Origin: Tubiluchus corallicola
Taxonomy: Eukaryota > Animalia > Priapulida
Direction: 5' to 3'
Assembly (NCBI GenBank): GCA_030141605.1
Contig: JAQGDQ010000251.1
Coordinates: forward strand, 186,001 to 250,000
Length of the DNA stretch: 64,000 nt
Below the pieces are notes generated by a model. The model had not been told where the DNA came from, searched no databases, and worked only from the letters and a program-made list of their open reading frames with translations. The translations under genes and the position numbers were made by a program. Shown piece after piece: positions 50,712 through 62,520 of the stretch (within the stretch, counting starts at the first letter, position 1; the number at the start of each line of letters is the position of its first letter).

Positions 50712-51744
50712 CACACGTGTGTTTGCACAAGTTTTAAGTATGTGTAATGTCGCACAAATTGTAACGTGTTATGCATGCTTTACTCTATGTAAAATCTATA
50801 GTGCTTTAGATCCTAGCAATCGTTAAGTATCATGGAATCCAAATATCACAGATTTTAAAGAATCTGCGTATTTATTGTTTGTCATTTAGTGATTTGATAG
50901 GTGGAATTCATCTAGGTTGGGCTGGATGTGACATGCTTCAAGGTGGTCCCATTTATTCTATAGTTTATTGTTTTTCAATGACTGTAAATGCCACTTTTCA
51001 TTTGTTTTTTACTAGATATTGTTGATGTTAAAGGACCAAGGTCATTTAATTATGAGGGGAGGTATAATTGAATTCTAGTGCTCAGAGTTGTGCACCTGCT
51101 AGCTTGAGTTATTAAAATTTTTTGTTGCAACTTATTATGTAAAAAAGGAGCATTAAAAGTTTGGACAATGACTTAACAAGCATTAATTTTGTTTTTTTTC
51201 AGTGATTATTGATAATGTGTCATGCAACTGTGATAATGTGATGCATTTTTACAATTATTCTTGATTCTTGTTGATTTTATATTTTGTGAAACTGAATCCA
51301 TATTGAAACATTTACTCCTGCTTAAAATCACAATCAGTCTTGATCTCTTTGTGACTTTTTCATAATTATTTTCTTATAATATTATAGCTACCTAATGCAT
51401 GTGAGTCTTTTTACTGAGTATATTTAGCCTGAACTGTGACATTACAAGGTAGTAATCCTTGCTACATGAGTGATGCCGTATTTCATGTACAGTAACACTG
51501 CATACTAATTGACAATTAAACTTGCTTTTTCACTTATTAGTAGTGAAACTTAATCTGATTTAGAATCATTAGAAACTTTAGAATATAATTAGAATTCCTG
51601 ACATTTGTTGGTGTCTTACTTATAAATTGGTGATTTTGCTGGATTTAATAAGAGAGCATTTTGAATGTAACACATTCAATTTGTGCTTAAGTTGGTTCAA
51701 AATTCTTGATCATAATTAATCTGACTGTTTTTCATTCATTGAGT

Positions 51745-52829
51745 TATTATTTATTTATTTATATTTATTTACTCTTATTTATTCTCCGCAACTTTAACGC
51801 TCAACTCGCAGAGACGTACTAGAACGTACAACTGTATGGTGACCATTGACCACTGATCAAGGAGGGAAGGGCATGGACGTCGGTCACTTTTTCCTTTGGG
51901 TCGCATCTGTTCCTAGAGCTTTTGGTTTTTCCAATTTCCAATTTTTTTTCACAAGTATTTGGGCACTGTGGGGGAGTGTGTACCTGGGATTTTAAAAAGC
52001 TGGCAAGTTTTAAATGCCCGAGGGAGGGGCCAATATGCAAAATTTGGGGTCCCCTCAGTTGGTGACCTCTTACATATTGAGGGCTACGGACACAAAACTC
52101 ACAGGGTACACTTATTGGGCAAAGTTATCTACGTATACGTGTGATCCGAGTTGCTGGGTCAAAGGTCACGGAGCGGGCTTGTCTTCATTTATTTTTCTTT
52201 AGAATCAATCTGCTCCATAGTTTTTAAGACAATATTTGATATGTGGTTAGGCGGGGACAGATTGTTGGATATGGCAGAATATTGGTCATTTGGAAAGGGG
52301 AAAAAATTTCCCCTATGAAGCAAAAACCGAAAAATGGGGGTTGGGAGCAGAAATGTTTAAGTGTCTTGGAATATTACCTTGTAGCATATCAAATGAAAGG
52401 TCTCGATGAGACGAGTTGAATGGCAAAGGTTACAATGAGAATAGTTAATCCGCGACCCCGTTAGGGGGAAAAACTGAAAAATGAGGGTCGGGAACTGAAG
52501 TGCACCGAACGTTGAGCAATGATGCCTTGTAGCACATCAAATGAAAGGTCTCGATGAGGCATATTGAATGGCATAGGTTGCAACGAGAACAGCTAATTTG
52601 CGACCCCTCTAGGGGGCAAAAACCGAAACATTAAGGTCGGGAACAGAAATGCATCGAGTGTCTACGAATAGTACCATGTAGCATATTAAATGAAAGGTCT
52701 TACTAAATGAGGCGAATCGAATGATATGGGTTATAGCGTGAATAGTTAACCTGTGACCCAGTTAGGGGCAAAATAGGGGTCGAGGAGACAAATGCCTTCC
52801 AGGGTCTACCAAAATGGACATTCTCTGGT
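51745..52829 (+). mobile_element. Helentron/HINE-like non-autonomous element with an internal tandem array
   Basis: 5' (TATT)n tract, GC-richer body, three units of about 148 bp, and a 3' weak stem (AATGCC..GGACATT) ending CTGGT. Confidence 0.6.
52322..52770. repeat. Tandem repeat, 148-149 bp unit x3
   Basis: Anchor GTAGCAYATYAAATGAAAGGTCT at 52381, 52529 and 52678. Confidence 0.9.
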
Positions 52830-54294
52830 ACACTTCATCATACTTCATCATTAATCATCGATCATTTCCACGATCATCATTAATCACGGGAACTATAAAA
52901 AGGCTTATTTTGAAGTAAAAAACAGATTAAACTATTGGCAGCTTTATAAGTCAAATCAATCAAGTTGTCAGTTAATAAATTGAGGAGAACTAATAATTCA
53001 AAATAACTTCAAGCTGGTATAATATATATTAGTACAAAGTAAAGAGTTAATCACGGAATGAGCAAAAGATCGTATAAAAGCATGCAAACGTATACCAAAT
53101 AAAACGCATAGAATACTTGTATACATGCATGCACCACAATCAATAAACATACAGTATACATTAAAATGTAAACACACGTAAATAATGTCATTTGCAGAGT
53201 TCCAATAATCTAGTAAGCCTTAAAGGGGAAGAAAAGGAATATTAAAGCATCTCAAAACCTTCCCACACAAACTTGCATTACTTACCTGTTTGAAAGACTT
53301 ATGTATGTGTAATTGGAAAAAATTCTTAATAATTTAAAATGTTTGACCAACTGATAAAACTGCACTGCATCGCCGTCCTCTGTTAACTAAACTTGTCCCG
53401 GATAACGTTATTACCTACCGTCAAACTGGATACTACAAGTTTTATACAATATTACTGCTACTGCTAGCCATGTGCGCAAAAGGACAGCACATAATATAAA
53501 ATTTCAAGACGAATTTATTTATAAAGCCTTCTTTCTTGCGCTTTAAAAACGTTTTTCAGAATCTTAAATGTGTTGATTACAGTTCACAGTATGTCTGTGT
53601 TTTGCTCAATACTTTTATGCGATTAAGGATCAACGAATGCGTAATTACGCGTATAAACTCTTATTAACTTACTCTCCTTTCCACAACTGGGATACCCTTA
53701 AACACAGCGCAGCCAAGTTCAACATCAATTGGAACGTACATTTTAACATGCCTTCTTCTGTATCTGAAAAAATTAACACTTTTGCATCATTTTAAAGATG
53801 AAATACGCAACGGGACGCTGAATAGAATGACCAGCGTCATTTTTGTGCAAATCGCCCAAATAAACACCAAGGGGCACTCAAAGTAAATGGCTAAAATGAA
53901 GATTTAAATAGATGTGCAGAAATACAATTCCACGATCAATTTACTAGCGAAAAAAGAAATTTGTTGACGTCTTCTTGAGTCGACTGAAGTGTTATATTCA
54001 CGGAAACAATTTTCTTGTAGAGGATTTCACAGATAAGAAGCTCGAGGAAAAAGCCATGTAAGTGATATAACACTGTATCATCGTAACTGAAGATCGTGTA
54101 AACAGGATAATTGACAGGGGATTTTGTCATTATTAACCCAGCAAGTGGTATAAATATAGAAATATACAACGATCAGCACTGTTACATGTTCGCTGATATT
54201 GGAACTTTTGATTTTGATTTTGCTCAATCTGGTTTTGCTGTACTGCTTTCTACCAATGAACTAAACAATTTGCGACCGACCTGCAAGCGTTGGT

Positions 54295-54642
54295 TAATTA
54301 AATTGAACTTCTTGCAATAAAAAGTCAAATACCTCAACGTTTGAATCTTTGAAATCAGGCTGTAACTACCTCTCTCAATTCTTCGCTGTAATTATTTTTT
54401 CATCCAAACTTTTCTAACTCTTTCCAATTTCGCATTTTTTAATCGTACAAGCTAACCCAATATAGACAACAAAACACGTCTGCATATTGGTGCCAAATTT
54501 GACTAACACTCCTTGTTGAGTAGTTATTACCAGAGTTTGACTGAGCAAAGTTTGATGCGTCTAAACACGCATCAGTTTTTAGACTGACCGTTTTTGTTTG
54601 TCAGTTTTAGTTTGACAGTTTAAAAACTGATCGTGTAAACGC
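54295..54642 (-). mobile_element. Decayed PIF/Harbinger-like transposon end with a transposase N-terminal relic
   Basis: Terminal inverted repeat GCGTTTACACGATCAGTTTTT (54557-54642), followed on the - strand by broken frames RVRKVWMKK*LQRRIERGSY and VEVFDFLLQEV. Confidence 0.5.
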
Positions 54643-54997
54643 TACATAAGGGAAAAGAACGTTAATTGTTGCTTTATCATACAAGGTTAAAGTTTGTTAT
54701 CGTTTTTTTCTAACACACTTACCTTTAATATTTATTTATTGAACCATTAAGAAAAGAAATTACAGAAAATAAAGAAAAAAACGACTTAAAAACATTATAC
54801 ATCTAAAAAAGAAACCACTTATAAGTGGTATAATTGTTCAAACACAAAAAACGCATACAACAGAGCAGCATACATATATATTATAAACTTAATATTACAG
54901 TTAATCAGTTAATCAAGCTTGCACTGAGTTATCTCAATCGGGCATGTCTTCAAATATTTTGTGGACCAATCTAGCATTAATTTTAATAACTTCTACA

Positions 54998-55195
54998 TTA
55001 TGATGCATTTAAAAGCACGAACTGCTCTTTGGAAGACATATAATGAAAGTTAGGACAAACATCAGAAAGGATACCAGAACATTCCTCTCTTACATGAGCG
55101 CACAGTAGGCATTCAGTAATTACATGCAATTTATCCTCTACTTTGTTCAAACAACAATTTTTACATATTCGATGTTCAGATCCTTGTCCAACCAC
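54998..55195 (-). mobile_element. 5'-truncated non-LTR retrotransposon remnant (ORF2 C-terminal zinc knuckle)
   Basis: RICKNCCLNKVEDKLHVITECLLCAHVRE fits the CxxC..EDxxHxxxxC..R motif at the end of LINE ORF2 proteins. Confidence 0.72.
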
Positions 55196-55992
55196 TAGGC
55201 AAACTAGGCAGTTGCGTCAGGCGTAAAATTGTTGGAGGGGGTGCCAACTTCTGAAAGTAATTCTTTAATTTTTAAGTTTGTCGTAAATAACGATGCAGTT
55301 AAATGCGTAATTGGTTAGGTGCTCTAAAGCCGCTCGAATTAATGAACGAATTTCCAGCGATATTTTCATCCACGACAACACGGATCTGTCTTTCTACAAC
55401 AAACATTTTCCACCCTCACTTTACTTGTCTTCCTAAGATTTACACCATTCCAGGCAGATGCTACAGATATTTTACACAATTTTTGCTCAAATTTCTATTG
55501 TATGCAACTATGCTTTGAGCAGCTAAGCAGTTTCTTGCAATATCATTTATCTAATTGTGGCATGTAAACCGAAATCGAAGCTTTCAGCCTTCAAGAATTA
55601 ATGCAGGAAATGAACGTAAAGAAGCTGGCGGACATTCAAGTATTTGAACAGCAAAAAGATTCACTAATGAAATGTTTGAATTCAGGCCAGAGTTATAGTT
55701 GTGAAAATAGTGAAATGGGAATAGTTGAAAATGGGTAGTTAGGGAGTCAAGAATGTTCAGATGAATAGACTGAAAGAAAGGGTATGTACATGAAGAATGT
55801 GCAGAAATTACAGAAATTCTGATTGTTCCTGAAGGCCCAGATTGAATGGGATCATAAATTCAATTTCAAATTCAATTAATACCAAGCTGTATGACACTTA
55901 ATTAATACACTATAATGCACATATAAGCCTAACGCCCGGGTACCATTATAGTATCAAAAATTCAATTTTAGGGGCAGGGACCACGGGGAAGC

Positions 55993-56608
55993 CAGGGGCG
56001 TATTTAGCAATAGGCTAACTGGGCTGTAGCCTAGAGCGGCTAATTTTGAAGAGCGCAAGATTTTAGGGGCTCAGGGTTAAATATTCTTATTCGACTTGGA
56101 AGATGTTTATTTTTTCATATTCATATTAAGCACCTATTTTATAACACACCACAAGCAGTTACTAAGCGGCGTTTTATGTAAGAGCTCAACTAACATTGTA
56201 TGTATTTAATTTATTAGTCAACAAAATTATAGTAAATTACAAATTGCAGGGTAAATATAACAAGTTAGTCATGTTCTAAGGCAGGTACACAGGCAAGTAA
56301 ACTACTTTTATTACATAAAAGGTACTGCACCAGTAATTGTGTTGTGTGCTTACAGATCAACAACGTGTAAAAAGCTAATTAATAATACCTACGTAGGTAT
56401 TAGGTAGCAGTGATACTAATACACCACAAGTAATTGTTTATCAGATTCATATATATAAATAACCATAAATCCAAAATAGAAGTGAGTGTGACTGAACCGT
56501 CAGTTTAGGTCGTCGTAATGTCTTGATACGCCCTGGGGAGAATCCCTTGAAAAGGGGCATTAAAAAGACTTTTGCCTAGGGCGTCAAACTACCTAGAGCC
56601 GATACTGC
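55993..56608. mobile_element. Non-autonomous DNA transposon(s), possibly nested
   Basis: CAGGGGCGTAT at 55993 pairs with ATACGCCCTG ending 56535; GGGCTGTAGCCTAG and GCCTAGGGCG motifs as in the 50355 family. Confidence 0.5.
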
Positions 56609-58049
56609 CTTTATTAACAAATTATTAAAAGCACATTAGCTATTGAAGTCAAACATATTGGTCTATTGCTCCGCCCCCACTTGTAACTTAAGCACGTTCA
56701 ACAGCATTCGGGAAACAGCTCACGCAGGACAACAACTATCCAAGCTAAACTAAACAACATGATGGTCACTGATTGCGCTTTTTCATAAACATAGATTTGC
56801 AGAGCAGCAGATGACTTTTCAATTTAAACAGAATAGAGACGAAGTTTCAAAGCACTACAAAATACAGAGACATAAGCATAATAAAGAAACCAAGCAAATT
56901 ACTATTACAAAAATTAGCAACAAAAATATTAAGTCTCTCTTGCCATTAAACATACGAACATCAAACCTGCGATGTATTTTGCTATATTAACTGATAATGT
57001 GCTCGTCTGCAAGATTTCTTCAGTTTTTGTATTTTTCCGTTTGTCAGGCTACGGATATGGAACAAATTTGACTAAGTCCCAATGGCATCCTTAACCCATG
57101 ATTATAGACAGAAAAATAGCGTAGAATTAGCTAATATTACATTGATGTATAATATAAGTTTTGACCACATTTGAATTATTTTGACTGTGAAGATGAGGTT
57201 TATAAAAACTGGCCTGAAATGAAAACATTTTTGTCCTTATTTAAAGTTAATCTAGTAGTTGTTTTTATCTAACTTGCAAAGCCATAAACTAAACTAAACT
57301 GCATATTTTCTTGATTGCAAAATGGTTTAAACAGCAACTCATAGACATAAGCGTTGTCCATTTCTTCCCATAAACGAAACTAGACTATATATTTCCACTA
57401 ATTCATTTGCAATTTCAATTGACAATAATAAAATCTAGAACCAGGCCAATATTTCTCCCGCTAACTAATGAAAAGTCGAGCATTTTTAATAACAGCAATA
57501 GGCGGAGCTGTAGCTAAATGTCCCGAACGTGCCTGCAGGGGTGCGAAACACTTGCATGCTGATTGGGCAGTCAACGAAAACGATTGACATTATGTTAGAC
57601 GCCAATTGTTAGTTCAAGAATAACGATAGAAGACGGCGACAGAAACGCTTCAAATATGGTCGATGAACAACACAATGATATTGTATACACTATAGTGCCT
57701 CCTTGACACTTGACGCTTCTGTAAAAAAATTAAGTGGCTTCACAAAATTGCGTAAACTTACTCCATGCGTTTTAATACCAGCCATGCCAACACGTAGAAG
57801 GCTAGCACTCCTGCGCTTACTATAGCAACAGTCCATACACTTTTAGTGAGGCATCCATCCCATCAGACCGGGTAGGGTCTACTTGCTCACCAGTTTCTTT
57901 CACTGTTAAAAATATAAAAAATTAGTTCATGGTAATATTAGTAAAAATTTATTTTAAGCGAAAAAAGAAGGATAAAAATGCAACCGGCCTACCGATAATA
58001 AGGGACACAGTTGTATACTGGTCCAATTGTGAAGACATTTTATTTTTTC

Positions 58050-58115
58050 TATTACTATTATTATTATTATCATCATCATCATCATCATCATCAACAACAA
58101 CAACAACAACAACAA

Positions 58116-58178
<63 letters not shown>

Positions 58179-58179
58179 T
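58050..58179. repeat. Compound trinucleotide microsatellite (TTA)n(TCA)n(ACA)n(TCA)n
   Basis: Read directly; it explains the poly-S/T, poly-D/V and poly-M ORFs. Confidence 0.97.
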
Positions 58180-59849
58180 AAACACAGTGCTTGAGAAAAC
58201 TTATAGCGATCCTTTCGTATGCTAATTATTTTTTCGTTTTCTAAATTAGCTCAATTCAAAAAAAAAATATTATCGTGCTTTTTAAATCACCTTAATTCAA
58301 TATCTACCAAAAACTCTGTAATTCTGTAATTTTGACGAGACTTTCACCTCACATTTGAAGAAAAAAGCAATTTATATCGAAACATAATGATAGTGTTTAA
58401 AGCAAAGTATTTAATAACCCTGTTCAAGCTGGTGAAACATAATTTATTTTAATTCGTTTAATCCAGTTACGTATTATTAATATAATATATTATTTAAACG
58501 ATTATAATTATGATATCTGACGGAATCGAGCGATGACGTACCAATCTTCACTAAGTGACTACGTACACAGGCAATGACGTCATAAATACTCACTCTTTAC
58601 CTGGCCGACAACCGCGTCTCTTTGATATTTATCATTTTACCTAACAAATCTGTAAAGAGAAGGATGCTGTTCTTCAAGCAAAAAAGATTTAGTGAAATTT
58701 TTGTTTGTCCGAGGGTGGACGCATAGAGTCCGAGGAAGACAGGTACACAGAATTTAATAATATCATAATAGAATTTCTTTGTTATTTATTTAGAAAAAAA
58801 TATGATAAATAGCTTGGAGAACGATAGATGTATTATAAAACCTTAAATTTAAAACTCGAGAAATTACATAGAAACTCTGAAATGAAGACCAAGGAGCGCT
58901 TTTTGTCCTTATTGAAAAGAGGACCACAAAACTAGGTTAAGGCTTCGTGTTTTCTTAATTTTAACATCCAGAGGCAAACGCGAACTATTGACGCACACTC
59001 CGGCTGTTGGGAGAGCATCTTTTTATGTTGGCTTTTGTAATGAAAGGTCTTACACTCAAGATTAATAAATCATAAGTTTTACCTTGGGGAGGTTAGCCGC
59101 TTTGGTTGGACGCCGGGTCCCGTTAGTATAGCTGTTTTTCCTAGAGCATTCCATGCGTTCGCCGTTCATTTCTCAGCTGATTCGTCCTTCATGCAATTCA
59201 GAGGAAACCTCAAAAGAGCTTGTTCGTCACAACACAAAAATTTTATTGACTGCAGTCTTCAACGGAAATCCAGCGACAATCAAACACAAACGCATAAAGT
59301 CACTGTAAATAAGTGACCGTCATTAAGTAAGTAAATAAGTATTTATTTTTTCACATAAAAATTCACAATAACCTGGCTACAAATGCAATCATTTTTTACC
59401 AGCGAAACATTTTTGCGTTTTTACTACTGTACTGTCATTATCGGCTGCTCGGCTGACACGTGTCATGTTCTCATATTACTTCGCCTAACAGTCGGGATTA
59501 CGGGCGATTTTTAATTAAACATTGTAATTTAATTATTTACAAAAATTCTAAACAGTCAGAAGATATAATTGAGGCAACCACCAATTCTAATGCGTTTAAA
59601 TTTGTAAGAAATTTAATCATGTTTAAAAGGACTAATTTTTTGGTATACGTGTTGTGAACTTCCTTCCGTATCCCACATTACCAAAAGGGGTGGGCAGTAC
59701 ATTCGTCATGAAATCAGCTCAACAATAATAATTAACATGCTTAACATGTGAGGCAGCAAGTGCCTGTCACCCAGATAGCAAGCCTAATGAGAAGGCCACT
59801 TGGGTTTTTCTATATTGTCGGCTTTGAGAGCATCAGAATCCGGTCATCC

Positions 59850-60020
59850 AGGTGTGCTCGCTTCCTGCCAGGGAGGTGTCTGGTTCAACTCCCGACCGAG
59901 TCATACCGCCGGTTCTTCGATCAAGCTTTATTGAAGTAACGTGCAGGTAATAATAATCAGGACCGCCTTGAAAATAAGCGTTGAGGTACTCAAGGTATAA
60001 TCCCTTGACCATGCCCTAAA
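59850..60020 (+). mobile_element. Degenerate tRNA-derived SINE
   Basis: B-box-like GGTTCAACTCCC followed by GACCGAGTCATACC. Confidence 0.4.
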
Positions 60021-60264
60021 CGAAATTATTATTACTTAAAAAATTGATATTCATTAAAATATCAGCCTCACTGGTTATTTTATTAAAGTAATATATTAAG
60101 TATGTAACATTTTGTTACTCTACACTCTACACAAACGCTAATTACTACTTAAATACACCGTTATAAGTTCTATATAAATATATAGGTTGAAAGCAAAACT
60201 AGTGCCGAATTTACAGAAAAGTGTAATGATCATTCTTTCCGTCCAGGAGCTTATATAAACTCTT

Positions 60265-60520
60265 TCTTCACAGCGAATTGGACGGTGAAAGAAGAAGGCG
60301 TAGGTTCGAATCCCAGTTGGGGTGCAAAAGGTTTTCAGAGCTTTCGTGCGGAACCCAAGATAATCACTGCTGGTGTTGCCAGAAATAGCAGTTAAAGGCA
60401 TACCAAATAGTTCACGTATAGCTTCACCAGGGAGGAACCAACGTAGAATTCTGAAGGCCTGCCTCGTCCATTGACAGAAAAAGAACGTAGTGAATACGCC
60501 TAAGCTAGGGCTTTTGTTTA
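60265..60520 (+). mobile_element. tRNA-derived SINE-like element
   Basis: B-box GGTTCGAATCCC at 60304-60315 without a cloverleaf; GC-richer body. Confidence 0.45.
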
Positions 60521-60699
60521 TATTTTTTTATTTCTGTCATCTTTGTGCCCTAAGCGTGCATATGCATGATAAAAGTTAATATATCAAAGGGCAATTGCGC
60601 AATGATTTTTGGGTCTCAGTATCGTCTGCAGACGAGCAGCTATTATTACCAACACCCACTTTTGACAATGACACTGCACTTGTGTATGTCTCTTATTTT

Positions 60700-60940
60700 G
60701 GCTGACCGGTTATGGCGTTGTGCTTGGTGTTGAAGTTAAGAATGCCGCACAGGCTGGTCAGTTAATGGATGAATGACAAACTTTCGTTCTCCCTCAAAGC
60801 AGGTTCATGCTGATTCTGGCTGTTTACCTCGTAGAGGAAAGTCGTACTTACATCTGAATGTGATTAAGCCACCTCTTCCAGTTCAGTGGCTCATCTTAGT
60901 GGCTTTGCCTTGATAATAAGCGAGGTTCTAGTCTCGCCAT
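60700..60940 (+). mobile_element. SINE copy with a 5S-like segment
   Basis: GAAGTTAAG...GGTCAGTTAATGGATGAATGAC, then a body shared with 41418-41540. Confidence 0.55.
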
Positions 60941-62269
60941 AAGCATAAAATCAGTTTGAGCTGCTAATGAATGCTGGATTATAGCTTGCACGATTCCGAA
61001 CTGTACAAAAAAGAACAATAATTACTGAATAATTAAAATAGACCCTTTAGTAGCGTTTTGTTAATCGTTTATTTAAAATTTATACAGATGTCATCTTATA
61101 CGGAAATGACGTGTAGCCCGGTTTAGGGACATTTTCCTGTGACGCCATAAACACTTCTTAGCAACAGCTTCTTAGTTACCACAAGAGGGCAAGAACTCGG
61201 AGTTGATCAGCAAGTCTACTGGCGGAGGTTTGTTAATTTTTATTTAAACTCCTGAAAAATTACGATTAAAATCGTTAAGCTTTGCGAGGCCAGCAGGTTT
61301 ATGTGTTTTCGGGTTCTTATTTATTTCAGGAAGGCAAGACATCACAGACACTGTTAACGGCCCAAGATCTTAGAGGTTCTGCAAAGGTAGGGACCCCGGC
61401 AACAACCAAAGATTCTGAAGGAACTGCAAGGGTAAGTACTTGAATAGCAACGTTCTTGTATTGTTCATTTCGAAGGACTAATTTGCGAATAGGGAAACCT
61501 TTATTATATTATCGTATAATATATTAATGTAAATATGCTGTACATGTATTTGTGACAGATATTTGTAAGTATCATTAACTAAGACCGTGATTACTTCTCT
61601 CATTGCAAATATAAAATAGAATCCACCTTGTCACATGCTGTCAAAAGACCTTTAACTATTTCAGCATCTACCAGTAGTTACTTCAGAGTGAAAATTGTTA
61701 CATATATCAGCAGGTTCGATAACTATCTGCGGTGTGTTAACATGATCACAGTTGGCACATGATGATAACTGCAGTAGGCACTACAGTAACACTGCAGGAC
61801 ATTTGTAACAGACATGTTTCTACTCTATTTGTGTGGAGTTTTTACTCTATTTATTGATATAATTAACATATTAATATATGTTAACAATTATTACAATTAT
61901 CAGGCCCAGATAATAATTACAGTATATCTCCATGATGTAATAATTATACTTATATTATTATTATGATAATAAAAGTAACGATGTTTAAATAGCATCAATC
62001 GTGGCAGCAGTGGTATAGACTCGTTTCCCAGAAAATTTTTCCTCTCCGACAAAAAGTACAGAAATTTCACAGAAAATGTTTTTTCCCAGAAAAGATAATG
62101 CGCAATAAAAAGTAGTTTATTTTAACTACGTGTATTGATTAATAGGGATCATATAATGAAAAAATTGTCAACTCTTAAAGGCAAGACAGTAGATGTCGAT
62201 TTGTAACGTCAGAACGATTTGGTAGGGAATCATGTTGATATTTGAATATGCACAATAGTGAGTAATCAC

Positions 62270-62520
62270 GGCGTGTGATTCGTTACCGAAGTTAAGCAAC
62301 GCCAAAGTTGCCTAAAAACTGTTTTATTGGGAGATAGCTTAGGAAAATTACTCTTGGGCTCACACTCAAGTTACTTTTACTGCGATTCCGAACCATTTCG
62401 TTCATTTCTTGTTGTGTAGAGAAGATGTAAATGTATCCGTATGTAACTTTAGCAGTTCAGTGTTTCATCTGGCAGAATTATCTTTCAAATGAGCAAGGAT
62501 CCGGTTCTGCCACAAAAGAA
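62270..62520 (+). mobile_element. SINE copy with a 5S-like segment
   Basis: ACCGAAGTTAAGCAACG at 62285 matches 5S box A; the tail CCGGTTCTGCCACAAA resembles 45038-45053. Confidence 0.45.

Noticed and set aside
52322-52770. Regularly spaced conserved motif that could be mistaken for a CRISPR array
   Set aside because: The intervening sequences are homologous to each other (a true tandem repeat), the period is about 148 bp, the context is eukaryotic, and there are no cas genes.
57929-58225. ORFs encoding poly-Ser/Thr, poly-Asp/Val and poly-Met
   Set aside because: They are translations of a compound trinucleotide microsatellite, with no splice or domain support.
60265-60325. Possible tRNA gene with GGTTCGAATCCC
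   Set aside because: Only the B-box/T-loop is present and there is no cloverleaf; treated as a SINE.
62285-62340. Possible 5S rRNA gene
   Set aside because: Only a short box-A-like match; the rest is not 5S.
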